Shown here: positions 46,400 to 58,004 of the stretch, one piece after another
Layout: every line of letters starts with the position of its first letter
Numbering within the stretch: position 1 is the stretch's first letter
Source of the DNA: Scyliorhinus canicula
Taxonomy: Eukaryota
Reading direction: 5' to 3'
Assembly: GCF_902713615.1 (NCBI RefSeq)
Contig: NC_052149.1
Span: forward strand, 126,421,256 to 126,485,255
Length of the DNA: 64,000 bases
Notes under the pieces: generated by a model
The model's input: the letters and a program-made list of their open reading frames with translations, nothing else
What the model was told of the DNA's origin: nothing
The model's database searches: none
Translations under genes and position numbers: made by a program

Positions 46400-47410
46400 T
46401 AAAAATGGCCTGAACTCCACTTTCCTGTCGGTCCCCATAACCCTTGACCCCCTCATCAATCAAAAATCTGTCTAATTCAGCCTTGAATATATTGAATGTC
46501 CCAGCATGCACTGCTCGCTGGGAAAGAGAATTCCAAAAACTAACGACCCTCTGAGAGAAGAAATTCCTCCTCACTCCGCCTTTAATGGAGATCCCTTATT
46601 TTTAAACTGTACCCACTAATTCTAGATTCCCCACGAGGGGAAACATTCTCTCAGCATGCACCCTGTCAAGCTCCCTCGGAATCTTATATATTTCAATAAG
46701 ATCACCTCTCATTCTGCAATGAGTACAGACCCAACCAGCTCAACCTTTCCTCATCAGACATTCCATTCCTCAGTGGAATCAGCCCAGTGAACCTTCTCTG
46801 AACTGCTTCCAATGTCCAAATATCCATCCTTAAGTAAGGAGACCAACACTGTGCTTAGTACTCACGGTGTAGTCTCCCCAATGTGCTGTATCGATGGAGC
46901 AAGGCTTCCCGACTTTTATACTCCATCCCCCCGTGTAATAAAGGACAACATTCCATTGACCTTCCTAATCACTTGCTGTACCTGCAGTTTAAACTTTCTG
47001 TGATTCATACACAAGGACACCCAGATCCCTCTGTACCACAGCTTTCTGCAGTCTCTCTCCATGTCAATAATATTCTGCTTTTCTATTCTCCCTAACAAAG
47101 TCGCTTATTGTCACGAGTAGGCTTTAATGAAGTTACTGTGAAAAGCCCCTAGTCGCCACATTCCGGCGCCTTCCCGTACCTGCCTCCCGGACAGGCGCCG
47201 GAATGTGGCGACTCGGGGCTTTTCACAGTAACTTCATTGAAGCCTACTCGTGACAATAAGCGATTTTCATTTCATTTTCATTTCAAGTGGACAAGCTCAC
47301 ATTTCCCCACATTATACTCCATCTGTCAAATGTTCTCCCCACTCACTGAACCTATCAATATCCCTTTTCAGACTCTGTATCCTCCTCACAACTTGCTTTC
47401 CTACCTATCA
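46400..47410 (-). mobile_element. CR1 3' fragment, paralogue of 4745-5585
   Basis: MRRNFFSQRVVSFWNSLSQR and YRGIWVSLCMNHRK on the minus strand. Confidence 0.85.
47102..47284. mobile_element. Fold-back (palindromic) SINE 3'-end insertion
   Basis: ~70-bp inverted arms around a ~23-nt loop; AAGT duplication at 47098-47101 and 47285-47288; empty site at ~5430-5440 in cluster 1. Confidence 0.9.
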
Positions 47411-47598
47411 TTTTATCATCAGTACTCATCATTTCCACCAAACTTTGTGTCGTCCGCAAACTTACTAATCAGACCAGTTACATTTTCCTCCAAATCATTT
47501 ATATATACTACGAACTGCTGATTAACAACTGATCTTGTATCAATTGCCAATTGTGGAAGAGATTTTCAAATCTCTACCATCCTTTGAGTGAAGAAGTG

Positions 47599-48274
47599 GG
47601 GCGAAATTCTCCGCTCCCGCGAAAAATTGGGAAGGCAGTCGTGAACTCGGCCGAGTTTCACGATGGCCTCGGAGGCCGCTCCTCTCACCTTATTCACCCC
47701 CACCCGGGGGGCTAGGAGCGGCCGCCGGGGGGCGCGCCGAGAGTGACGCGACGGCAGCGCCTATGTGACGTCAGCCGCGCATGCGCAGGTTGGCCGGCTC
47801 CAACCCGCGCATGCGCAGCTGGCATCATGACGGCTAACGCTCAAACCCGCACATGCGCGGTTGCCGTCTTCCCCTCCGCTGCCCCGCAAGACATGGCAGA
47901 TTGATCTTGCGGGGCAGCGGAGGGGAAAGAGTGCGTCCCTTTGAGACGCCGGCCCAACGATCGGTAGGCACCAATCGCGGGCCAGTCCCCTCCCGAGCAC
48001 GGCAGTGGTGCTCACTCCCCTCTCCGCCCCCCACAAGCTTCAATCCAGCTTTTGGCGCCATGTTCACGGCGGCAGCGACCAGGTGTGGTTGCCGCCATCA
48101 TGAACCGGTCGAGAACGGCAGGCCACTCGGCCCATCTCGCGTGAAAAACGGCGAGAGACGATTCTTCCGAGCGGGGGGTGGGAGAATCGCGGGGGGCGCC
48201 AGGGGGGCATGTCGTGAGTCGCCCGGCCCTCCCGCAATTCTCCCACCCGGCGTGGGGAGCGGAGAATCACGCCC
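47599..48274. mobile_element. Harbinger-type MITE
   Basis: TIRs gggcgaaattctcc / ggagaatcacgccc; 3-bp TSD GTG. Confidence 0.85.
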
Positions 48275-48279
48275 GTGGT

Positions 48280-49550
48280 TCCTAACATCGCTTCTGAACG
48301 GTCCAGACTTAATCTTTAAACTCTGTTCCCTAGTTCTAGAATCTCCAACCAGTGGAAATAGTCTATCTTTATCTATCCTGTGTTTTCCTGTCAACATCTT
48401 GAAGATTTTGATCAGATTCCCCCTTAACCATCTAAATTCTGAAGAAAACTGGCCTAATCTGTGCAGTCAATCCTCACAACCTAACCCCTTAAATCCAGAT
48501 ATAATTCTTATAACCATACGTTGCACAACCCCAAGGCCAAAATGTCCTTCCTAAAGTGTGGTACCCAGAATTTGAAGACCTACTCATTGCCCCTACTTTC
48601 TGATGTCTTCTATTTATCCAATTTCCCAGCCAAGTCAGTAATGTTCCTACAATTCCGTGGGGTTCTACCTTAGTAAACAGTCTCTTATGTGAGACTTCAT
48701 CAAATGTCTTCTGGAAGTTCATATAAGCAACATCCTGACACATTCCCCTGGCGACTAACTTAGTCACCTCTTCAAAATTCACAAATTATATCAGGCGTGA
48801 CCTACCTGTCATCAACCCATGCTGGCTCTCCCTGATTAACTGAAATTTCTTTGAGGTGTTCAGATTCCCTATCCTTGATTATGGACTCCAATAATTTTCC
48901 CACCACAAATGTGAGGCTGACAGGTCTGTAAATCCTTGGTTTTCCTCGATCCTCCTTCTTAAAAAGCAGAATGACATGAGCAATTTTCCAATTCAGAGGG
49001 ATGACTCCTGAATCTAGGGAACTCTGAATGATTATAGTTAGGACATCTACCATGTGCTCATCTATTCCTCGGATGGAAACCGTCGGGTCCTGGGGATTTT
49101 TCACTTTTTACTTCCATTAATTTCCTGATTATCGATGTTTTACGCACGTTAATTCTATTTAGTCCTGTCCCTGATCCACAATTAATGTTGTCGGGACTTC
49201 CAGCAAGCTACCCTCCTTTTCTACTAGAAATACTGAAGCAAAGTAATTATTCAACATGTTTGCCATTTCATAGGATCATAGAATCATAGGCTCCCTGCAG
49301 TGCAGAAGGAGGCCATTTGGCCCATTGAGTCTACACCGACCCTCTGAAAGAGCACCGTAACGAGGCACAATCTCCCACCCTACATCGTAACCCCACCTAG
49401 GGGCATTTTAGCAAAGCCAATCCACCTAACCTGCACATGTTTGGACTGTGGGAGGAAACAGGTGCACCCGGAGGAAACCCATGCAAACTCCACACAGTCA
49501 CCCGAGGTTGGAATCGAACCCGGGTCCCTGGCTCTGTGAGGCAGCAATGC
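48280..49550 (-). mobile_element. CR1 RT fragments followed by an HE1-type SINE (~49270-49550)
   Basis: WKIAHVILLFKKEDRGKPRIYRPVSLTFVVGKLLE; HE1 V-domain rc. Confidence 0.8.
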
Positions 49551-49557
49551 TTCTATA

Positions 49558-50152
49558 CAGTAGTCCCCCGTTATACCGCGCCCCGCAATACCGCGGTTCG
49601 CGATATACGGCGGGGGGGCTTATGGACCCCAACTTACTTGCACTGGGACGGAGCTGGGGCAACTTCAGGCTTCCAGTCGGGGAGCGGATTATTTTTAGCA
49701 AACAAGCCCGCTGACAGCAGCGAGAGTGATGGGCTGCATTCAGGAAGGGGAACCCTTACTCGCGGGCATTGGGGAGTGGGCTCAGTTTTAAAGCTTGGAT
49801 GTTGACATCTGCAGTCACTTGCCCTGTGGTCTCTGCTCCGCTTCGAACAGTCTGTACGCCTCCAGGCGCGGTGTTGCGAGGCTTTTTCTCTGTACTCCTT
49901 CAAAATGTATGATGTCCAAATCCTGTTTCTCAAATTACAGAATTCCTGTCTCCACACTTCTACCCTGCGTTGTTGCTGATGATACGTTTATATGCATACT
50001 CACCATATGCATACTTTAGTTTAAGTTTATATAGTTTAAAATTCCAAATGACTGTTCGTATGAGTTTTGAATGATAAAATGATCCGCGGCTCGGGTGTAA
50101 CGCGGGTGGCTGTCTTGGACCCCAACACCCGCGTTATAACGGGGGACTACTG
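49558..50152. mobile_element. Tc1/pogo (Tigger-like) MITE
   Basis: 23-bp TIR cagtagtcccccgttata(c/a)cgcg; TA TSD at 49556-49557 and 50153-50154. Confidence 0.9.
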
Positions 50153-50689
50153 TATTCCACTATTCTTCAGTTGTTTTACCCATTAGCAGAATTTCCTAGT
50201 TTACTGTGGACAGTCTCTGTCTCATCTCATTCAAGTCGGCCTTACCTAAATCGAAACTTCTTGCTGCTGATTTGGGCTTTTCACTTTCAAACATTCCATT
50301 GAACTTGAATATGCTATGATCACAATTTGATAAATGTTCACTCAGATTAGGTGACTAACTAAATCCGACTCATTACTAAATCCAATATTGCTGTCTGTTC
50401 CCTTGTTACATCCAGGACACATTGCTGTAGGAAATTGTCCCTGACACACTGGAAATATTCACTACCTTTCAGACAGGTGCTTGACTGCCTGCCCCAATCG
50501 ATGTTAAAGTTAAAAGCCTCCATTAATAGTACTTTGCCTTTGCTACACGCTTGTCTAATTTCTGCACAATCGAGCACTTCTGACCTTATACCAGGGGTCT
50601 GTGCACAACAGCTTTCACTTTTAGATCCTTTACTGTTCCTATTTATAAACACAGAGACATGAATATACACAGGGAAGATAAATAAATAC

Positions 50690-51150
50690 AGAGAACACAA
50701 ATACACACGGAGCATACAAATATACACAGAGCACACACATATACACGGAGCACACATATACATACGGAGCACACAAATATACACAGAGCACATACACAGA
50801 ATACACACATATACACGGAGCACACAAATATACATAGAGCACACAAATACACACAGAATGCACAAACATACACAGAGCACACAAATATACAGAGCACACA
50901 AATATACACAGAGCACACAGATATACACAGAGCACACAAATATACACGGAGCATACAAATATACACTGAGCACACAAATATACACAGAGCACACAAATAT
51001 ACACAGAACACACAAATATACACAGAGCACACAATATACACAGAACACACAAATATACACAGAACACACAAATATACACAGAGCACACAATATACACAGA
51101 ACACACAAATATACACAGAGCACACAATATACACAGAACGCACAAATATA
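50690..51150 (+). repeat. ~19-bp minisatellite (acacaaatatacacagagc)n; short degenerate paralogue at ~9925-10020
   Basis: Direct inspection. Confidence 0.9.
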
Positions 51151-51751
51151 CACAGAGCAGACGAGAGTCCAGAATACACATGTTTGTACATCGAACACAG
51201 AAAAATTTACACACACTACAAACATAGAAAAAACAATGCATTAATATACACTACATTCCGATTGTTTCTGACAAACCCTGAATTTAGTATCAACACCTCA
51301 AATATAAATGCAAAGTCCAAATGTTGAATGTAAGCTGTGAACAGCAGAGATCCCGGCACTGATCCTTGGGGAACACCACTTCCCACCTTCTGCCACTCTG
51401 AAAATCCACCCTTTACTCCCACTACTGTATCTGCTTTCTGTCTTGAAGACAGCGAGCAATCCATTCCGTCACTTATCCCCGACTCCACATCCTCTGACTT
51501 ATTTGTTAATTTATTCTGGGGCACTTTACCGAAGGTCTTTTGAAAAATCCAAGTAAATTACATCTACTGGATTCCCAGCATCTACTCTCGCTGTTACCTC
51601 CTCAAAATATTCAATCAGGTTCGTCAGGAAATATTTTCCCATCTGAAATCTATGCTGCCTGTATTCTAATGTATAATCAGCAGACAGAACACTCAAATGT
51701 ACACAGGATTCACAAATACACAACAATTAAATTCCTTCTCTTCTTTTCCAG

Positions 51752-52080
51752 GCAGAAAAAATTCACAACCCACACTGACCCTGCTGCCCCCCTCCCTAGA
51801 GGAGGTCAAGACCAAGGGCACTGCCACCCTGGTGTGCCTTGCCAATCACTTCTATCCTGATGAGCTGGTGGTGGAGTGGAAGAAGGATGGTGCAGCCATT
51901 TCGGATGGGGTTCAGACCAGCAACTACCTGCGAGCTTCTGACAACACCTACAGCGTCAGCAGCCTGCTGACCCTCTCTGGCTCTGCCTGGGAGTCCAACG
52001 CCAGCTTCTCCTGCGCCCTCACCCACGTGAGCCTCTCCTCTGCCCTCAGCAAGAGCATCAGGAGATCAGAATGTGCGTAG
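51752..52080 (+). CDS. IGKC: Ig kappa C exon, cluster 2
   Basis: RKNSQPTLTLLPPS...RSECA-TAG; 329 bp, same as C1; 4 aa differences. Confidence 0.97.
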
Positions 52081-52235
52081 AGTGTTAGAGACAGTCCACA
52101 GAGGAGACACAACTTTAAATAGGACAGGGGTGAGCTGGGAGGGCAAAGGTCATTGTCAGCACTGAATTACAACTCACTTCCTTCTCGGGACTGGGTCTGA
52201 GACACTTCTGAGGGTCAGGGGTTAAGGCAGGTTTT

Positions 52236-52521
52236 GGGATAGTGTAGAGGGGTCTTTAATCTGTGTCTAACCCCATGCTGTACCTGTCCTGGGGCATTTG
52301 ATGGGGACAGTGTAGAGGCAGCTTTAAGCTGTATCTAACCCTGTGCTGTACCTGTTCTGGGAGTATTGATTGGGACAGTGTGGAGTGAGCTTTACTCTGT
52401 ATCTAACCCCGTGCTGTACCTGTCCTGGGAGTGTTTGATGGGACAGTATAGAGGGAGCTTTACTCTGTATCTAACCCTGTGCTGTACCTGTCCTGGGAAT
52501 GTTTGATGGGACAGTGCAGAC
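52236..52521 (+). repeat. 68-bp tandem repeat in the C2 3' UTR (about 4.2 copies)
   Basis: Units at ~52236, 52304, 52372, 52440, 52508. Confidence 0.8.
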
Positions 52522-52714
52522 TCGTGATGCCAAGTAAAACCTCTCTAAGATGCTGAAGACTGTCAGCTGTATTAAAATAATGTGACCCTCTGAAGTCCCT
52601 GCTTCAGGAAACCAGACCTCCTTTCTGCTCACCCTGCAGTTACAATTTAAGGTTTCGTCACTGTTTAAAGGGACAGGATTCTCATGTTATTGAGAAAATC
52701 TCCACAAGTGTTTT

Positions 52715-52720
52715 AATAAA
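52715..52720 (+). terminator. Poly(A) signal, cluster 2
   Basis: AATAAA paralogous to 11531-11536. Confidence 0.7.
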
Positions 52721-52873
52721 CCTCCATTCTCCCTGTGAATTTCTCCAGCTTCCTCTGGCTGGGCTGTTTATTCAAGTCTTTCTTCTGACAATGTAAATCT
52801 GTAAAAGGTAATAAACATTAAGAATATTCAGTCTGTGTCTCGTGTGTGCTTTGGAAATGTCCCTCCCCCCCAT

Positions 52874-52957
52874 CAGCTGATTGGCTGCATTTCAGCAAAT
52901 GATTGTCATGATTGGCTGATTGGTCTGTCAATCAATGAGATATCAGCAGATGATTGG
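52874..52957. promoter_or_regulatory. E-box / CCAAT / PBX motif cluster downstream of C2
   Basis: CAGCTG 52874; ATTGG at 52880, 52911, 52919, 52953; rc TGATTGACAG at 52925-52934. Confidence 0.4.
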
Positions 52958-54623
52958 ATTCAAAGACAATTATCAATCATTTTTAAATGATCAGTTTTAT
53001 CTGGAATCTCTGAGTTTACAAGATTCAAATCAGAAAAGAAACTGAAAGTTGCTGGGATTAAATCATCACAATCACAATTCTCCAACCCATATTCCCCACC
53101 TCCCCCTTGACCTGACCATCTCACGTGGTCTCACTACTCCCATAGTTTCAATCACAGATAAGACCATCTCTGATCACTTCCTTGTATCACTCCCCACCCA
53201 CATCCCCCTTCCACATCCCAACCCGACCCCCTTCTGTATCCATCCCTGGAAAAACCTATTCCCCAATTCACTTCCAACGGCACCTTCAAAATGCCAACTA
53301 TCTGTCTCTGGCCCCCCGATCACCACAACATTTCTGCAGTGACTGATTTACTCAGGGAGCAATGTAACTGGGAATGAACAGGCTCCTGTTTTGGGAGTGT
53401 TTAGTGGGGTGTTTCCCGGAGCCTGCAGTGCTGAAAATGATCCCGTTATTAACCGGGATTCTGGGATATTTGGGCCTTGGTGAGGAAGGAGACTCTGAGG
53501 CTGCACTGACATCCACTTCCTGCGAGCTGAGCCCGTCAGCGCAGGGAGAGATCAGGGGGTGATCTTTAAATGCTGCCCCCATCCCTCAACTCCCACCGCG
53601 GCCTCCGGATTCCCCAACGTCCTGAATAAGGTGTCCTCGATCCACCTCATCAAGCCTGATGAGGGCAAGGAATCCCCAGGCCTGATCCCAGGCACGGGCA
53701 ATCTGCCAGCTGGGCACAATGGCATTGACTCTGCCAACCTTGCAGTACCACATGGCATTGCCAGGGTGCCTTCATGGCATTGACAATGTGCCAGGCTAGC
53801 AATGCCAAGAGGCCTGGGTAGCATTGGTGGTACCAGGGTTCCATACAGCCCAGAGTCCGACCACCAAGGGGCTTCCTGTGTCCCGGAAAATGCCCCCAGG
53901 TACTGTTACATAGAACATAGAACATACAGTGCAGAAGGAGGCCATTGAGCCCATCGAGGCTGCACCGACCCACTTAAGCCCTCACTTCCACCCTATCCCC
54001 GTAACCCAATAACCCCATCTCACCTTTATGGACACTAAGGGCAATTTAGCATGGCCAATCCACTTAATGTGCACATCTTTGGACTGTGGGAGGAAACCGG
54101 AGCACCCGGAGGAAACCCTCGCAGACACGGGGAGAACATGCAGACTCCACACAGACAGTGATTCAAGCCGGGAATTGAACCTGGGACCCTGGTGCTGTGA
54201 AGCGACAGTGCGATCCACTTGTGCTACCATGCTGCCCGGTACACCTGGTCCATATTTATGTGGACCAGTGCTATACGGTGCCACGGCACAGTCTCTTGGC
54301 ATGGGTATTCGTCCTGACCTTTGGGAAACTGCAGCACAGTAAGAACCCCTGGGACGGTCAGCAACAAAGATGCCATCGACACGGATGGGAGCCATCGCCC
54401 TGTATCCCGGGACACCCCAGAGCTCGAATTCAGTGGAGACACTGACTTCCCGTCACAGCGTCTCCAATACCCTCCACCATCCCAGAGACACTCACCTGGG
54501 TTGGGCACTTCAGTGAAGAGGCTCCTGGGATACTATCTGGTGCTCACCACACACATGCAGGGGTAGATCACGTGGAGGTAGGAACTCCCGGGCAGCAATT
54601 GGTCGGAGGGCTGCCAACCTCAG

Positions 54624-54857
54624 TGAGGCACCCTCAATTACGACGCGAGAGCGAGGTCGGTAATCAAAATGCTTTAATCTACAGAGAACTGAACAGCATC
54701 CGAGAGAAGTGTGCTCACCACATGGAGCCTTATCCTATATACCGTTTCCTGGGGGCGTAGCCAGAGGCGGAGTCCCCCAGGGTTCCAAGCCTCTTAACGG
54801 GGCAAGGTATTAAAGGTCAGGTACCGTTTCCGGCAGTTATTAATACCGTTCATCACA
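54624..54857 (-). mobile_element. Solo LTR
   Basis: TG..CA ends; 5-bp TSD CTCAG at 54619-54623 and 54858-54862. Confidence 0.85.
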
Positions 54858-56287
54858 CTCAGGGACTTGCTGCCTTCCAGGTGGGTTTTGGGCTTTTAGA
54901 ACAACAGTCGCATCTATAGAGGAGATGCAGTCCCAGAGCCAGGGACTACATGAGGGGTTGTTGGTGAGCATCCAGCACCTGCTGTTGCAATTGGAGCAGG
55001 AGCAGGAGGTGGTGCCCGCCATGTGTACCACCCAGGCCGACACTGCGCGGGTGGCGTCTGCCGTGGAGAACTTGGGAGCCAAGGTTTTGGCCATGGATCA
55101 GCATGTCCGAGGCCTGGGGCACTCTGTATAGGCACTGGCCAAGGACCAGGTGAGGGCTGCCCTGAGTGAGGCCCAGTCACAGGGGGCCATGGCTGAGAGC
55201 GGCAGTGACATTCCCTAGGCGCTGGCTGCTGTGGCACAGACCCAGAAGCTGGTGGTACAGTAGCAACATAATGTGGTGCAGTCCCAGATGGAGGTAGTCC
55301 ACTCCCTGTGCTCTATGGCAGTGAGCATACAGACCCTGGTCGAGAATAGCATTGGCCTCCAGGACTGGCAGTGCCAGCCGATTAAGGGGCAATTTAGTAT
55401 TGCCAACCCACCTAACCTGCACATCTTTGTGTTGTGGAGAATGTGCAAACTCCACACAGACAGTGACCCGGGGCTGGGATCGAACCCGGGTCCTCAGCGC
55501 CGTCCTGGCACCAGTTAGGTTGGCACGGGTGCAGGGCACAGTTTAGCGATATGGGATCGGACGTAAATCTGTCTATATGTTTTCCCACCAAACACCTGTG
55601 CACAATGTTACACCCGGCGTCGGTGCTCTGTCAGCAGGATGTGTGGGATTGGCTGGTCTGGGCTGACCACAGAGCGAAAAGGATAGGACAGGTGATGTTG
55701 GTGTCGGGCACCACAGTCCAGCCAGCGCTCACCACTCTGCTGTGCCACCCTCATCCCCTCCAGGCCCCCACCTCTGCCACCCCAGGGATCCGACGGGACC
55801 GTGTGATGGAATGACCAGCTGGCATGCAAGGATCACCCAGATGGATGGTGGAAAGTGTTATCGTGGGCAAGAGTCAGACAGGGGTCACTGTCTGTGCGGA
55901 GTCTGCACATCCTCCCCGTGTGTGCATGGGTTTCCTCCGGGTGCTCCGGTTTCCTCCCACAGTCCAAAGATGTGCAGGTTAGGTGGATTGGCCATGCTAA
56001 ATTGCCCTTAGCGTCCAAAATTGCCCTTAGTGTTGGGTGGGGTTGCTGGGTTATGGGGATAGGGTGGAGTTGTTGACCTTGGGTAGGATGCTCTTTCCAA
56101 GAGCTGGTGCAGACTCAATGGGCCGAATGGCCTCCTTCTGCACTGTAAATTCTGTGTTCTGTGTCTGTGTTAAAATTGTCAAATAATGCAGTGCACCAGA
56201 GCTCATCGCAGAGCGGGTTATCATCATCCACCATCCCATGGACCAGACCCGCTGTAACAGCCAATCCAGGGCTGACACCACGTAATG

Positions 56288-57845
56288 AGGCGGGGGGGTG
56301 GTCGGGGTGGTGGGGAGGGGGGCGGGGGGGTGCTGAGGGGGGCGGGTGTGGCCGGGGAGGGGGGCGGGGGAGTGGCCGGGGTGGTGGGGAGGGGGGCGGG
56401 GGGGTGGCCGGGGTGGAGGGGAGGTGGGCGGGGGGGTGGGGATGGGGGCGGGGGGGTGACTGTGATGGTGGGGAGGGGGGCATGGGTGTGGCTGCGGTGG
56501 AGGGGAGGGGGGCAGGGGCGCGGATGGGGTGGAGGAGAGGGGGGTGGGGGTGTGGCCGAGGTGGTGGGGAGGGGGGCGGGGGGGTGGCCGGGGAGGGGGG
56601 CGACGGTGGGCAGGGTGGTGGGGATGGGAGGCGGGGGAGTGGCCGGGGTGGTGGGGAGGGGGGCAGGTTTGTGGCCGGGGTGGTGGGCAAGGGGGCGGGG
56701 GGGTGGCCGGGGTGGTGAGGAGGCGGGCGGGGGTGTGGACGGGGTGGTGGGGAGGGGAGGTTGGCCGGGGAGGGGGGCGGGGGAGTGGCCTTTGTGGTGG
56801 GGAGGGGTGTGGCCGGGTTGGTGGGGAGGGGGGCGTTGGAGTGGCCGGGGGTGTGGGGTGGGGCGGGGGGGCTGTCTGGTGTGGTGGGGAGCGGGGTGGG
56901 GGGTGGCCGGGGTGGAGGGGAGGGGGGGGGCGGGGGGATGGTCGGAGAGGGGGGCGGGCGCTGGCTGTGGTGGTGGGGAGGGGGGCGGGGGGGTGGCCGG
57001 GGTGGTGGGGAGGGGGGCGGGGGGGTGGCCAGGGTGGTGAGGAGGGGGGGTTGGCCGGGGAGGGGGGCGGGGGAGTGGCCTTTGTGGTGGGGAGGGGGTC
57101 GGGGGGGTGGTGGGGAGGGGGGCGGTGGCTGGGGTGATGGGGAGGGGGGTGGCCGGGGTGGTGGGGAGGGGGGCGATGGAGTGGCCGGGGGTGTGGGGTG
57201 GGGCGGGGGGGCTGTCTGGTGTGGTGGGGAGCGGGGTGGGGGGGTGGCCGGGGTAGAGGGGAGGGGGGCGGGGGGATGGTCGGAGAGGGGGGCGGGCGCT
57301 GGCTGTGGTGGTGGGGAGGGGGTCTGGGGGGGTGGCCGGGGTGGTGGGGAGGGGGGCGGGGTGGTGGCCGGGTTGGTGGGGTGGGGAGGGGGGCGTCGTG
57401 GTGGCCGGGGTGTTGGGGAGGTGGGCGGGGGGGTGGCCGGGGAGGGGGGCAGGGGCTGGCTGTGGTGGCGGGGAGGGGGGGCGGGGGGGCGGGCCGGGGT
57501 GGTGGGACTGGGGGCGTGGTGGTGGCCGAGATGGCCGGGGAGGGGGGGCGGGGGGGTGGCCGGGGTGGAGTGGAGGTGGGCGGGGGGTGGGGATGGCCGG
57601 GTGGTGGGGAGGTGGGCGTGGGGGTGGCTGCAGTGGAGGGGAGGGGAGCGGGGGGCGGATGGGGTGGTGGGGAGGGGGGCGGGGGAGGTGGCCGGGGAGG
57701 GGGGCGAGGGATGAGAGGCGGGGGAGTGTCCGGGGTGGTAGGCAGGGGGGCGGTGGGGTGGCCGGGGTGGTGAGGAGAGGGGCGGGGGTTGTGGCCGGAG
57801 TGGTGGGGATGGGCAGGGGGGCGGGGGGTTGCTGGGGCGTTGGAG
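56288..57845 (+). repeat. G-rich minisatellite, G4-prone, about 1.55 kb
   Basis: Repeated ggccggggtggtggggaggggggcggggg units. Confidence 0.9.
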
Positions 57846-58004
57846 GCGGTGCCCTTGCCCCTGTCCAGTTCCCCCTAGTCAGTGAACCTGGATGGGACCA
57901 GAGCGTCCCATGCACCTCAGCCCTGGTGCACACGTGGTTCTGCCTCCTGTGCCTGACCGGTCCCATGTCCTACCCATCCTCGCCCTCATCCTGCTTGTCA
58001 GAAG

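Noticed and set aside
50690-51150. CACAGAG-22-ACAAATATA pseudo-RSS array in the minisatellite
   Set aside because: Heptamer 6/7 and nonamer 6/9 arise trivially from an AC-rich repeat; too weak without RIC scoring
50359-51244. Cys/Val/Tyr-rich ORFs
   Set aside because: Translation of the ~19-bp minisatellite
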